Shown here piece after piece: positions 9,439 to 19,249 of a DNA stretch of 51,673 nt. This stretch comes from a virus: the IMG/VR virus record IMGVR_UViG_3300050196_000040. One strand, given 5' to 3'. The translations under genes were made by a program, and so were the position numbers. Position 1 is the first letter of the stretch. Every line of letters begins with the position of its first letter. The notes beneath the pieces are model-generated. The model had not been told where the DNA came from. It worked only from the letters and a program-made list of their open reading frames with translations, and did not search any database.

Positions 9439-9452
9439 TATCTTCCTTAAAA

Positions 9453-9872
9453 TTAACCAACAGTAATGGCACCATTAGAGCCATCAAAAGTGGGTGTAAA
9501 CGTATTTGTTGCTACCATACTAACAGGACTACCATAGTCTACCCAAAACACTAGGGGTTTAGCAGGTGAGGTTTGAGTATCATTATAAACTACCACATAT
9601 CTAAATGTAGCAAAAGCACCAGTAGCAGTCCATGTAGGAGAAGTAAAAATTAATTTCTCCACTCCGCTAGTATTTGATTTACTTACTGTAGTAGTAAGTC
9701 CAGCAGCGGTATATCCATTTCCTGCTGTAATATCTGTAATATTGGCAAAAACAGTATTAGTAGCTACAGGAGCAGTATTTGTCAACATGACCTTAAATGT
9801 ATGGGTACTAAAGTTATGTACTCCATTAGTAAGGTCCGTAGTAAAAGAATTAAATTTAGTAGGAGCAGTCAT
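9453..9872 (-). CDS. Hypothetical virion protein
   Basis: 139-aa T/S/A-rich ORF between the capsid and tail genes. Confidence 0.45.
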   Translation of the reverse strand: MTAPTKFNSFTTDLTNGVHNFSTHTFKVMLTNTAPVATNTVFANITDITAGNGYTAAGLTTTVSKSNTSGVEKLIFTSPTWTATGAFATFRYVVVYNDTQTSPAKPLVFWVDYGSPVSMVATNTFTPTFDGSNGAITVG

Positions 9873-10127
9873 TTAATTCAAGGCAATGATGCCAGTTGCT
9901 GTGGTGTTAGTAGACATGACTTTAATTACCTGAATAGGAAGAATACCAACAGGTACATTCGTAAAAGTAATAATATTTTCGTCATCAGACATTTGCACAG
10001 CGATGTTACCACCTACACCTACGTAAAGGGCGCGAGTAGTTGGAATTAGAGTTGAGTCACTCGGTGTGACTACAGTTGCGCTATGAGCAGCAACAGTTGC
10101 ATTAGCAGTGTGGTATGAACCAGCCAT
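9873..10127 (-). CDS. Hypothetical small virion protein
   Basis: Start moved to ATG 10127 (MAGSYHTANATV..), 2 nt after the upstream stop; the N-terminal extension in the track overlaps the previous gene. Confidence 0.45.
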   Translation of the reverse strand: MAGSYHTANATVAAHSATVVTPSDSTLIPTTRALYVGVGGNIAVQMSDDENIITFTNVPVGILPIQVIKVMSTNTTATGIIALN

Positions 10128-10129
10128 AG

Positions 10130-10429
10130 TTAAGCTCCATAATGAACAATGCCTTGCGGCGTACCTGAACCAGCCACAACAATGGTACAACCAATATCGC
10201 ATCTAACAGGGGTTGTGAAATAGGCTCCATTAGAGCCAGTAGTAACCGAACCATTTACTTTAGCAATAATATTACCAGAAGTATCACCAGAAGCATTATC
10301 ATAAACAGTTACAGTAGCCACGTTAGTACCGTCACTAATTGCGTGCACTGCCGAAACAATCCCACGGCCAGTAAAGATTTGAAATGTACCAGCAGCTTTG
10401 AGGCCACTAGATTGTGCAGTTCCAGACAT
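10130..10429 (-). CDS. Hypothetical small virion protein
   Basis: 99-aa beta-rich ORF in the head-proximal module. Confidence 0.45.
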   Translation of the reverse strand: MSGTAQSSGLKAAGTFQIFTGRGIVSAVHAISDGTNVATVTVYDNASGDTSGNIIAKVNGSVTTGSNGAYFTTPVRCDIGCTIVVAGSGTPQGIVHYGA

Positions 10430-10480
10430 GGAATTCCTTAATCAAAAAAAAGGGCCATCATAACTGACAGCCCAATAAAC

Positions 10481-10939
10481 TTATCGCACGTATGAGATAA
10501 CAAGATACAACTCACCGGAAGTGGGGTTGCCAGTTGTGGCAGTTCCTCGACCGAAGATTTGAATATCGCTACCATACGGAACGTTATAGTTTTGGAAGAT
10601 GCCAGAAATAGCAGGAACCGTGGTATAGGTCGAAGCCACACCAAAAGCCAACGCACTAGCATTTACAAACTGAGTACCACCAGAGGCACTACCCAAGCTC
10701 AATGTAGCAGCAGTAATACCACCACCAGCAAGCTGAGTCTTAACCCACACGTCTACACCAATGATGGTGGAGTCAGCAGGAAGAACAGCCAAAAGAGTAT
10801 CCATGTTAGCAGTAGTAAAGTTAGCAGAGGTAAGTTTTACAATCTTACATACTTTGTCTTTAATATTACTTATTGCGGAGGGACCACCCGGATTAGGATC
10901 GCCTTGAGCTACCTGACCTTGTACAAAATTAACAGCCAT
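10481..10939 (-). CDS. Hypothetical virion protein
   Basis: 152-aa ORF directly after the capsid gene and a hairpin. Confidence 0.45.
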   Translation of the reverse strand: MAVNFVQGQVAQGDPNPGGPSAISNIKDKVCKIVKLTSANFTTANMDTLLAVLPADSTIIGVDVWVKTQLAGGGITAATLSLGSASGGTQFVNASALAFGVASTYTTVPAISGIFQNYNVPYGSDIQIFGRGTATTGNPTSGELYLVISYVR

Positions 10940-10983
10940 AATTGTCCTTTATATAAGAGGGAGACTAGCTCCCCCTAAGTTAA

Positions 10984-11892
10984 TTAGGCACCAACAGAAC
11001 CGTACAGGGCACGAGGATCAGTCCAGCCAAACGAGTAACGAGCAGTAGCTTTGAACTTAGCGTTCTCAGTATCCCAGTCATTATCCATATCGAAAGCATC
11101 AGCACGACGTTCCATATACTTCAGGCCATTCTGAACGTTGGTTTTAATAAACCATGCATCAGTATCAGTCAGGAAGTGGTTGGTAACAATCGAAGGGATG
11201 CTACCAAGAGACTTGATTGCATTCAAATCGTTGTTATCTGTACCAACACGACCATCAGTACCAAGAATACGCTTTGCTTCAAAGATGAGTTGGCGAGGAA
11301 TCACCAGAGTCTCAGGACGCACAGCAATCAGCAAACCAGCATCGTTGGTGAAACCAGCAATGTCGATACATGCTTGCTCAAGAGCAGCTTCAGAAATATC
11401 AGCAGCAGTACCAATTTGGTTAGACCATGTACCACCCTTGATATTGGGGTGAACAGCACTAATCAGAGAGACACCATCACCACCAACAAAACCAGAGTTG
11501 AAAGCACGGTTGTACACGTTAGCACCAATGACTTCCTTGGTTTGACGCATAGAGAAGGCGAGGCCTTCAGCTTTACGTTTACCAATGACATCATACTGGT
11601 CATCTTCCATCATCTCACGAGTGATGATGAAGCCGAGGGCATACACAGCGTGTTGGTAGCGAGTGATAAAGCCTTGACGTTCGCTATCATAAGAGATAGG
11701 AGCACCCTCAGACTTTTGCACTGCCAGACCAAACGAGGAAATACCTACGTCTTCTTCAAACGCCTTACTAGAGGTTTGTTTATCAAAGAGCTTTGTATAC
11801 TCTTCGGGATATGCGTCATAGGCACGGCCATACCATGCGTTGACACCGGGCCATAGGGCCTTGGCAAATGAGCCACTATTAATTACGGACAT
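10984..11892 (-). CDS. Major capsid protein (HK97-fold type)
   Basis: 302 aa; position after scaffold/decoration genes; strong RBS; followed by a GGGAG..CTCCC hairpin; sequence pattern typical of podophage major capsid proteins by eye. Confidence 0.65.
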   Translation of the reverse strand: MSVINSGSFAKALWPGVNAWYGRAYDAYPEEYTKLFDKQTSSKAFEEDVGISSFGLAVQKSEGAPISYDSERQGFITRYQHAVYALGFIITREMMEDDQYDVIGKRKAEGLAFSMRQTKEVIGANVYNRAFNSGFVGGDGVSLISAVHPNIKGGTWSNQIGTAADISEAALEQACIDIAGFTNDAGLLIAVRPETLVIPRQLIFEAKRILGTDGRVGTDNNDLNAIKSLGSIPSIVTNHFLTDTDAWFIKTNVQNGLKYMERRADAFDMDNDWDTENAKFKATARYSFGWTDPRALYGSVGA

Positions 11893-11910
11893 TGTTTATT
11901 CCTTTAAAAA

Positions 11911-12534
11911 TTATACGCCAGTCTGACCAGTACCAGTGCCATTAGTCGAACTATTCAAGCGGACATAATAACTAAAGTATTGATCACCAGGAATATTATC
12001 AGGGCGATTGGGGAAGCCAACCACTTTAAGAGGCAATGTGGCCGTAGTTGCAGAAAGAGCTGCAATGGACATACCAGAAGCACCAGAAGCGGTGTTGCCA
12101 GCAGTCACATCCCAACTACCATTCAAACCAACGTTAGCAGTGATAGTAGCAGCAGCAACCGATTGAGTCAGATACTGAGCTTCATACACAATAGCAGGGT
12201 CAGTTGCTACAAGCAAATAACGGTCTGTGGAGGCACGACGATAAACAGGTGTGTTAAGGTCAGTGACCGGGGGAACATTCTGTGTATCACCAACACCTGA
12301 AAATAGGATGCCGACAACAATACCGAACGGAATATCCGCAGCAGCAGAAACACGAGTTACAGTGGGAACACCGGTAGCTGCACGGGCATCGCCCAGCAAC
12401 TTAACAGCATCACCCACCATAATAACGGAAGAATCAGATGCGGGAACAAAGGCTACCTCACCTTGCCCATTATAAGGGGCACCGGTGATTGTTTTAACGG
12501 GTCGAAAGCCGTTAAGACGATTTACAGTTGACAT
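11911..12534 (-). CDS. Putative head decoration/cement protein
   Basis: Start moved to ATG 12534 (MSTVNRL..) behind a GGAGA RBS; sits immediately upstream of the capsid gene, as decoration genes do. Confidence 0.3.
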   Translation of the reverse strand: MSTVNRLNGFRPVKTITGAPYNGQGEVAFVPASDSSVIMVGDAVKLLGDARAATGVPTVTRVSAAADIPFGIVVGILFSGVGDTQNVPPVTDLNTPVYRRASTDRYLLVATDPAIVYEAQYLTQSVAAATITANVGLNGSWDVTAGNTASGASGMSIAALSATTATLPLKVVGFPNRPDNIPGDQYFSYYVRLNSSTNGTGTGQTGV

Positions 12535-12586
12535 TAGTAATCTCCAAATTGTCAAATTTGATAAATCCTAATGGCAATAAAAGTGG

Positions 12587-12997
12587 TTAGTCGCGTGAAA
12601 TGTCGAGTTTACCATAATTACCATCAAGAGCTTTTTCTTTGATGGAGGCTTCTTGTGAGTTCACAAAAGCTTGTTTCTTTGCTTGATCTTCTTCATGCCA
12701 TTCTTTTTTGATACGCATGAGATAACCCTTAGTCCCTTGACCGACAGAGAAAATCTTTTTAGAGCTAACAGCAGTACCTTGCGATACTCGCTTGTCGCCT
12801 ACATCAGTAGAGCTATCGTCAACGAGTTCATACCCGCCTTCGATAAACTGCGCAATACGATCATCTGTATCGTTCACGACTCGGTATTCATATGCTGGGT
12901 CTTTACCCTTCACCGTAAGAATGTTACGCTGGCTCACAGGCACTCGTGTAACGCGGCTCACTGGAGCCTTAGAAATTGCTTCTTTTAGATTGGTCAT
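12587..12997 (-). CDS. Hypothetical head-module protein
   Basis: 136-aa charged ORF between Endo VII and the decoration-like gene. Confidence 0.4.
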   Translation of the reverse strand: MTNLKEAISKAPVSRVTRVPVSQRNILTVKGKDPAYEYRVVNDTDDRIAQFIEGGYELVDDSSTDVGDKRVSQGTAVSSKKIFSVGQGTKGYLMRIKKEWHEEDQAKKQAFVNSQEASIKEKALDGNYGKLDISRD

Positions 12998-12999
12998 AA

Positions 13000-13413
13000 T
13001 TAACCTCGGACTTTCTTAAGTTCATTTTTTTGCAAGTAAGCGACTGCATTTTGCAAATTCGATTGTTTATCTTTAAACAGGCCAAGACCTGCGTTACATT
13101 TCATACATAACAAACCACGAACTTTTCCAGTCTCATGGTTATGGTCTACATAAAGTGTTTTTGGAGTTTCATTACATATGGCACATTTACTTTCTTGGCT
13201 TTCCACCAAGGAAGCATAATCATCTATTGTAATTCCGTATAGTCTAAGTAAAGTGCTACTTTTATTTAAAGTAGGAAGTCGAGCAATAAACTCTGGGTCT
13301 TTTACTTTACATTCTTTACAGCAATATTTAGACATGTAGTGTTTACCTAGAAACTCTACTTTACATGTGACACAATTAAGAACTTTTGGTTCTTTAATAT
13401 GTCCTTTACCCAC
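13000..13413 (-). CDS. Recombination endonuclease VII family nuclease
   Basis: LYGITIDDY..CAICNE..LYVDHNHETGKVRGLLCMKCNAGLG is the T4 Endo VII signature; N-terminal extra CxxC pairs. Confidence 0.8.
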   Translation of the reverse strand: MGKGHIKEPKVLNCVTCKVEFLGKHYMSKYCCKECKVKDPEFIARLPTLNKSSTLLRLYGITIDDYASLVESQESKCAICNETPKTLYVDHNHETGKVRGLLCMKCNAGLGLFKDKQSNLQNAVAYLQKNELKKVRG

Positions 13414-14176
13414 GAACTTTACGCAATTCAGTAATGTATTCCTGTTCCGTCTTAAATGCTCCAGTACGGATAAAGGTGTTCATAACGCGACGCTCATCGT
13501 CACTAAGAGTAAATTTAGTAGAGTTGGAACTACCACTTCCTTTACCAGATTCTACAGCACCGGGTCGTTCCTGATTAGGATTTTTGAACCGGTTGGGAAA
13601 TTCTTTACGCACCTCAATTGCAACTTTACGCAATACTTCAGAGGGACTATTTCCTGATCGAGCCAAGTCTTGTCCAAGAGCATCCGCAAATGCTTTCATA
13701 GGAGTAGAAGACTTATACCAACTATTTTGTTCAGTCCAAGCAACAAACTCGGGGTGTTCAGCACCGGAGTTTTCCTGCACGTCTGCGGGAGCCGACTGTA
13801 GTTGTTTGACTTGCTCTTTAACAAGGTCAATGCGTTCATCAGCAGCAATCACTGCCTCAGCATCACCATCAATAAGAGCGTCTTTCTTTTGTTGACGCAA
13901 AGCATCAAGGGCTCGTTTATATTCCACTTCACGCACTTGGCTATGAAGCTTCTTCATTTCATTCAGTGCAGAACGAACATCTTTAAGTTGTTTGGATTGA
14001 TCTTCAATCTTCTTGAAGAGTTCCCCACGACGCAGAAACTCTCCTGCATCAACCCATTTGTGTTCTTCACCATTATATTCATCTTTGGGAACCCAACCCG
14101 AGTCTTTAGCTTGAAGCTCGACAGGGGTTAGTTCAGTTGGTTCCACATTCTCAATAGGGGTGTTTTCATCAGCCAT
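13406..14176 (-). CDS. Scaffolding protein
   Basis: 256 aa, acidic and helical/coiled-coil (KQLKDVRSALNEMKKLHSQVREVEYKRALDALRQQK); lies between portal and capsid. Confidence 0.5.
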   Translation of the reverse strand: MADENTPIENVEPTELTPVELQAKDSGWVPKDEYNGEEHKWVDAGEFLRRGELFKKIEDQSKQLKDVRSALNEMKKLHSQVREVEYKRALDALRQQKKDALIDGDAEAVIAADERIDLVKEQVKQLQSAPADVQENSGAEHPEFVAWTEQNSWYKSSTPMKAFADALGQDLARSGNSPSEVLRKVAIEVRKEFPNRFKNPNQERPGAVESGKGSGSSNSTKFTLSDDERRVMNTFIRTGAFKTEQEYITELRKVRG

Positions 14177-14504
14177 TTAATTCTCCAGTTAGGGTAGCAA
14201 CAATATCTTCGTCGTTCAAAGCGACATACTCTTCATCAGTCTCAGGATCAACAATAGTTTTGCCGCTAAACTTAGCAAACGCAACTACGTCACCTACTTT
14301 AATAGGAACATCAGTGTTAAAGTCCCGGTAGGCAGTAGGGCCAATAGCCACCACAACACCTTTATCTACCCCCGCTTGTACACGCTTGGTGTCCACGCTA
14401 TCCGGGATGACAATACCGAGTGCCTCAGCACGTTTATATTCTTTATGTGCCTCACTAAGCTTTTGTTGCTTAACAAGGATTCTATGAAGAAGAATTGTTA
14501 TCAT
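14169..14504 (-). CDS. GroES/Cpn10-like co-chaperonin
   Basis: LLHRILVKQQKL, GIVIPDS, DKGVVVAIGP, VGDVVAFAKFSG, ALNDEDIVATL follow the GroES beta-barrel pattern. Confidence 0.7.
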   Translation of the reverse strand: MITILLHRILVKQQKLSEAHKEYKRAEALGIVIPDSVDTKRVQAGVDKGVVVAIGPTAYRDFNTDVPIKVGDVVAFAKFSGKTIVDPETDEEYVALNDEDIVATLTGELNG

Positions 14505-14707
14505 ACACTTGTTTCCTCAAACCAATCAGTATCTAGTACATCACGCAAAGCTTGAATAGCACCAACCTTTTTAGAGTCGATGGTAGAACTTTCTCCAGCT
14601 TGATAACTGAGTTCTTCTTTCAATGCTTCAATTCGATTGTTTACCGAAATGAAGAATGCTTTGGTAATCGGATATGATTGCCAGTCTTTAAAATCACTGT
14701 GATTCAC
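14501..14707 (-). CDS. Hypothetical protein
   Basis: 68-aa ORF translationally coupled between the portal and GroES-like genes. Confidence 0.45.
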   Translation of the reverse strand: MNHSDFKDWQSYPITKAFFISVNNRIEALKEELSYQAGESSTIDSKKVGAIQALRDVLDTDWFEETSV

Positions 14708-14711
14708 TTAT

Positions 14712-16916
14712 TTATTTCCCTTTGGAAGGAGGCTTTGATTTGGCAGCCTGTTGCCGTTGTACGGCAGCCATACGTTCTGCATGGGTAAGCTTTTGAGCAT
14801 GTTGCTGTTGAGCGTGTCCTAGCTTTTGACGATGAGCTACCTCATTTTGCATGGCCTGCTGGTTGGCAGTCATACGATCTTGTGCCACTTGCATATTAGA
14901 AGTGTGGATTTGAATTGCTTCTTGCAGAGAGGCCAGCATAGCTTTGCTACGGGCTTCTTGGTCTGCTGCTTGCCCAGCCATAGCTGTTTTAACTTGAGCA
15001 CTATGTGCAGCCAACTGCTCTTTAAACATCATTTCTTGCTGTTTAATTTGAGAGGTTTGTTGAATAGCTTGTACCTTAGCTTGGCTTTCCAATACTTTAG
15101 GATTGGGCTGTTGAGGAATCTGACCAGTTTGTGCAACTTGAGGGTTAAGTAAGTCTTGGTAATTAGGTTGCTCTTGAGCTTCCAAAATACGCAAACCAAC
15201 TTTAACAGGATCAAGAATGCCTAGGGGAAGCAATTCCTGCAAGCCCTGAGCCTTAAGAAGCTTCTCTGTTTGAGAGACAGCAGTGGGATCGGCACCAGGG
15301 CAAATCTTATATTGTTCCTCACTAAAATCATCAGGTCCAACAGTAATACCAATTACTTCTTGGTAGGTTTGAGGATTCATGTAAGTTGCATTAAGGTTAA
15401 AAATCTTAATAAACTCTTCTGCAAGACTATGGTAGATACGCTTATAAACAGCAGTAAATACTTTCATACCTTGCTCAACAGTCGCCATCGTTGTAGTGGC
15501 AGGAGTATTCTGCCCCGGCATTTTACCCACGAAAATCTCTGCGATGGAGGCCAATTCTTTCCCGGAAGTAATCAAACTACCCATGAGTTGGAAAAGGACA
15601 TTAGAGGGTTCTTTGGATGGCAAAGGAACAATCTGTTGTTTCAGATCAGTACCTGTGGAGTTAACTGCCTTCCATTCTCCGGGCTGAAACTTTGTTTCGC
15701 CCATGCGGAGTTTTAACCCCTTACCAAGAAACCCAGACTGTAAGTTGTTAAGTGTGCCGCTATCAATAAGCTGGTTAATAAGAGTATTAACGGACTCGTT
15801 AATAGGACCAAGCAAAACCCCGAAACCAAGATCGTAAAAACTACCATCAGGATTGGGAATAAAGCCAAACTTAGTAAAATACTCAATGGGTTCAATCTTT
15901 GTTAGTTTACCTTCGTCATCATGAAACATTGTCTCATCATCAAATCGTGCAGCAATACGAAGCACTTTTGCAGACTCTAGATGAAATGTAACTATGTATG
16001 GTTCTGGATAATCATCGTCATCCAAATCAAGGTAGGTGTGTTGTTCAATAATTGTGTAAGGCGTTGTCTTATCTTGAGCAGGTTGGCCCGGCTTACCAAT
16101 AGGAGTAGGAGCGGTGCCAAGTTCCTCATCCATAAACACACCAGACATTTGGCGTTCTTTAAGAACGCGTGGACTCATTTCAATGATTTGAGAGACGCGT
16201 TCAGCTTCTTTGAGCGACTTGGCCCAGTAGTTAACTACCAGATTCTTAGGAAGAATTACATCAGATGCAATCTTCTTTTTAATTGAGTCCCAATAAGTTT
16301 TCTTAAATATGGTTCCAACAACTGGAAGCATAATAAGCAACTTATCCATCCCCTCTTCCCAACCAGTTAGCTCATGCATAACTTGGTAGGACATATAGGT
16401 AGAGACACGATCTGCCAAATCGTACTTGGAGCCATCAGGGTCTTTACCAATAACTCGACTCTTTACAATCTTACCATCACTAGGAACAAGGCTAGGATAG
16501 GCACGAGCAGCAAACTGCATAGCAGCAGTTGTAAGCAAAGGATATTTAACATTAGAAGCACGAGCCCAAGGAAATGTTTTATCCTCCCGGAATTGAGTGG
16601 CTAGTTTAGTCCAGTTATCCATCTGTTTTTCCCACTCAGAGCGAGATTGCATATCAAGGTCAAACCCCTCTTTAGCATCTGCACCGATGGTGTGAAGTTT
16701 TTCTTTATCCAACTTCTCTGCTATGTTAACTGACTCAAGAATGGAGCGTAGGGTGTCTTCTTTAGCTTCAGGAGCCTCTTGTACATCTTCAGGCTGCATA
16801 CCCATACCACCGGGCAATGCCTGCGGTTGTGAGGGCATTTGAGACATGTCAGTACCCTGTGTAGGTTGATTGCCCTGCATAGCTTGACCCGGCATCCCTG
16901 GATTCGTATTCATCAT
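14712..16916 (-). CDS. Portal protein
   Basis: 734 aa immediately after the large terminase; Gln-rich N- and C-terminal extensions; AGGAAG RBS before ATG 16916 (alternative ATG 16847 just after the terL stop). Confidence 0.75.
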   Translation of the reverse strand: MMNTNPGMPGQAMQGNQPTQGTDMSQMPSQPQALPGGMGMQPEDVQEAPEAKEDTLRSILESVNIAEKLDKEKLHTIGADAKEGFDLDMQSRSEWEKQMDNWTKLATQFREDKTFPWARASNVKYPLLTTAAMQFAARAYPSLVPSDGKIVKSRVIGKDPDGSKYDLADRVSTYMSYQVMHELTGWEEGMDKLLIMLPVVGTIFKKTYWDSIKKKIASDVILPKNLVVNYWAKSLKEAERVSQIIEMSPRVLKERQMSGVFMDEELGTAPTPIGKPGQPAQDKTTPYTIIEQHTYLDLDDDDYPEPYIVTFHLESAKVLRIAARFDDETMFHDDEGKLTKIEPIEYFTKFGFIPNPDGSFYDLGFGVLLGPINESVNTLINQLIDSGTLNNLQSGFLGKGLKLRMGETKFQPGEWKAVNSTGTDLKQQIVPLPSKEPSNVLFQLMGSLITSGKELASIAEIFVGKMPGQNTPATTTMATVEQGMKVFTAVYKRIYHSLAEEFIKIFNLNATYMNPQTYQEVIGITVGPDDFSEEQYKICPGADPTAVSQTEKLLKAQGLQELLPLGILDPVKVGLRILEAQEQPNYQDLLNPQVAQTGQIPQQPNPKVLESQAKVQAIQQTSQIKQQEMMFKEQLAAHSAQVKTAMAGQAADQEARSKAMLASLQEAIQIHTSNMQVAQDRMTANQQAMQNEVAHRQKLGHAQQQHAQKLTHAERMAAVQRQQAAKSKPPSKGK

Positions 16917-18369
16917 CTTCTTCTACTTCCTTTTGGGTTGGTCCTTCGACCATCTTATCAACGATGAGGCCGAGATAGGAGAGAGCATCCACTTGGTCAT
17001 CGTGTTTACCACGGCCAAACATAACTGCCTCTTCTTGGAGGGTTTGAAACCACTCCGCTTGTTTGTCAAATTTAACTCCCCCCATCCGCATACGTGCCTG
17101 AATGGAACGTGCCCTGGCTTTTTTATCTGTGGAGGGTGATAAGGGCAAAATGGACATATAGCAGTTCTCTTGCATCATACGCTCACGTAGGAAAGGGCCA
17201 ATTGATTTCTCAATCTGGCCCTTCTCCATTGACATACACATTGGATCGTATGTTCTTTGCAAAGACAAAATGGTTTCCACAATTTCTTGTGAGTCCATTT
17301 TATCTCTAATTACGTTTTGGATATATAGCATCCCAGTTTCTGCAACAGCGCCGACCACAAAGACGGAATAGTCTGAGTACTCTGCTGTGGAGACTGCGAG
17401 GTCAGAGCCAATGTAGATGGTGTGACGCTTTTTCCACTCAGGGTTATCAAACGCAACTCTGTCTTGGTCTGTAAAGTCTGTAAAATCTGAACGGCGGAAG
17501 TAAGCAAGGGTTTCATCCAGTGGGTAGTTGAGATATTCTTGGGAGTAGACATCTGCAAGGCCATCTTCTGTCATTTGGTGACGTAAAAGCCTAAAATGCT
17601 CTGCTGTGTAAAGCTCTTTCCAGAGAATATGCTTAAAATCGTGACTATGAGCCCGATATTTAACAGAATACCACGCTAATTTAGCTGGTTGTTTCTTGGA
17701 ATAGGTCTTTAGGTCTTCTTCAACAGTGTATTTGTCCCCTTTACGAGGCATAACACCTTCCAGCAAAGAGTCATTATGCAGAATAGTCCCCACATATCGA
17801 ACAATCCCATTCATACTCCTACAAGGAAGAAGAGAAGCATTAAACCAACGCTTGAATTTCATACGACGTTCTTTGTTTAGAACAATCTCGTCATTCTCAA
17901 GGTCATCACAGATGATTAAATCAGGACGTTTGTTGTCCCATTTAAGTCCTCGAACCTTCTGCTCAGCCCCTTTAGCTGATATGCGAAACATATACCCATC
18001 AGTACAGAGACAAATCATATCGTCTTCTGAGTCTTTAATGAGCTTATCAATTTTAAACAAAGAGCGTAAAGGCTCATTGTCTGTTAATTCTTTTTTAATA
18101 TCTCCCAAGAACTGGGTGGCTTGGGTTATGGTGTCTGATACAATGAGAACATAAGAGCGTTCTCGAAAGCAGACACTAGCGAGTGTACAGGTTTGGGTTA
18201 TAGCAGTTGTTTTGGCGTGCCTACGGGGGGCAGCAATAGCAACTTGAGGGTGGGGAAAACAGAACATCTTCCACCACTCCATATGGCACTCAGGAGACTG
18301 CACAGCACCATCAAAAGCTTTTTGTAAAAGGGAAGAACTAAATCCTCGTATGATTTCTGCCGTGAGCAT
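16849..18369 (-). CDS. terL: Terminase large subunit
   Basis: AAPRRHAKTT (Walker A-like), DLIICDDLEND (Walker B), GTILHNDSLL; C-terminal nuclease-like half. Confidence 0.9.
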   Translation of the reverse strand: MLTAEIIRGFSSSLLQKAFDGAVQSPECHMEWWKMFCFPHPQVAIAAPRRHAKTTAITQTCTLASVCFRERSYVLIVSDTITQATQFLGDIKKELTDNEPLRSLFKIDKLIKDSEDDMICLCTDGYMFRISAKGAEQKVRGLKWDNKRPDLIICDDLENDEIVLNKERRMKFKRWFNASLLPCRSMNGIVRYVGTILHNDSLLEGVMPRKGDKYTVEEDLKTYSKKQPAKLAWYSVKYRAHSHDFKHILWKELYTAEHFRLLRHQMTEDGLADVYSQEYLNYPLDETLAYFRRSDFTDFTDQDRVAFDNPEWKKRHTIYIGSDLAVSTAEYSDYSVFVVGAVAETGMLYIQNVIRDKMDSQEIVETILSLQRTYDPMCMSMEKGQIEKSIGPFLRERMMQENCYMSILPLSPSTDKKARARSIQARMRMGGVKFDKQAEWFQTLQEEAVMFGRGKHDDQVDALSYLGLIVDKMVEGPTQKEVEEDDEYESRDAGSSYAGQSTYTGY

Positions 18370-18377
18370 CTGTGCCT

Positions 18378-18665
18378 TTATTTATTATATTTCTTAGCTA
18401 CACGCTGTTTGCGATGAGCTTCTTTTTCTAAATTGGTTCGTTCAGTTACAACACGAAGATTGTCGGAAGCGTTGCTTCCTCCGCGTACAAGCTCAACTTT
18501 ATGGTCAACTTGCTTCCCATCCCCCTTGTGAACCAACCCCTTCTTCATCATCCTCGAACGAGCTGAGTTCCTCTCCGCCCTCTGCTTCACCCTGTCCGGG
18601 TGCGTCGTCTTCTCCCAACGTGCCTCAGCGGCATAGTTGCGCTTCCCGTTCTTCATAAATGGCAT
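18378..18665 (-). CDS. HNH endonuclease associated with terminase
   Basis: VDHKVELVRGGSNASDNLRVVTERTNLEKEAH; start moved to ATG 18665 behind a GGAGGAG RBS; lies between the terS and terL genes. Confidence 0.7.
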   Translation of the reverse strand: MPFMKNGKRNYAAEARWEKTTHPDRVKQRAERNSARSRMMKKGLVHKGDGKQVDHKVELVRGGSNASDNLRVVTERTNLEKEAHRKQRVAKKYNK

Positions 18666-19239
18666 TGTGATTCTCCTCCATTCGGAATTCAATATCTTGA
18701 GGGGAATCACCCTCCGAAATAACGTCGATAGTTTCGACTTGTTTAACTGGTTGCTGCCATTTGGCAAATTCTAGGGCCAAAGCCTTAAGCTGGTCTTCAA
18801 CAGACGTTTGGGTGGTTTCAGTTCTAGCTGTAGCATTACCCCGCAAGAGTTCTCTCTTGGTAATCATGTCCACTGTCACCTTAGCTGCATCTTTCATGTT
18901 AACCTGTTTACGGATGACTTGCCCAGTCTTTTGGTTGTAAACAAACTCACCATTCTCCAAGCGATCCATTACAGCATCTAGGCTCTTATCCACGATTTTG
19001 GTAAGCTTGCCGTCCATCTGCAAATTCTCAGTGGCCCTCACTTGCGACTCAATTTCAGCCCACCAAGGCTGTCCCTTCCAAGCTCGTAGGAGCTGATGGG
19101 GAATCTTAGTAACTGAGCTAACCAAGGCCATATTGCCCAAGACCAAATACTGCGACACCGCAGCTATACGAGCCTCCTGGCTCCACGTCGTGTTAGGTTT
19201 GTGCTTCTTAGCAAGGTTGGTTATTTTCAAAGGCTGCAT
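18625..19239 (-). CDS. terS: Terminase small subunit (putative)
   Basis: 204 aa; first gene of the late arm; HTH-like N-terminus (AAVSQYLVLGNMALVSSVTKIPHQLLRAW); by position. Confidence 0.5.
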   Translation of the reverse strand: MQPLKITNLAKKHKPNTTWSQEARIAAVSQYLVLGNMALVSSVTKIPHQLLRAWKGQPWWAEIESQVRATENLQMDGKLTKIVDKSLDAVMDRLENGEFVYNQKTGQVIRKQVNMKDAAKVTVDMITKRELLRGNATARTETTQTSVEDQLKALALEFAKWQQPVKQVETIDVISEGDSPQDIEFRMEENHNAIYEEREAQLCR

Positions 19240-19249
19240 AATCTCTTTC

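Noticed and set aside
10945-10980. GGGAG..CTCCC hairpin after the capsid gene as an intrinsic terminator
   Set aside because: The stem is only 5-6 bp and no U-tract follows it on the minus strand. It may stabilise or attenuate the transcript, but I cannot support it as a terminator.
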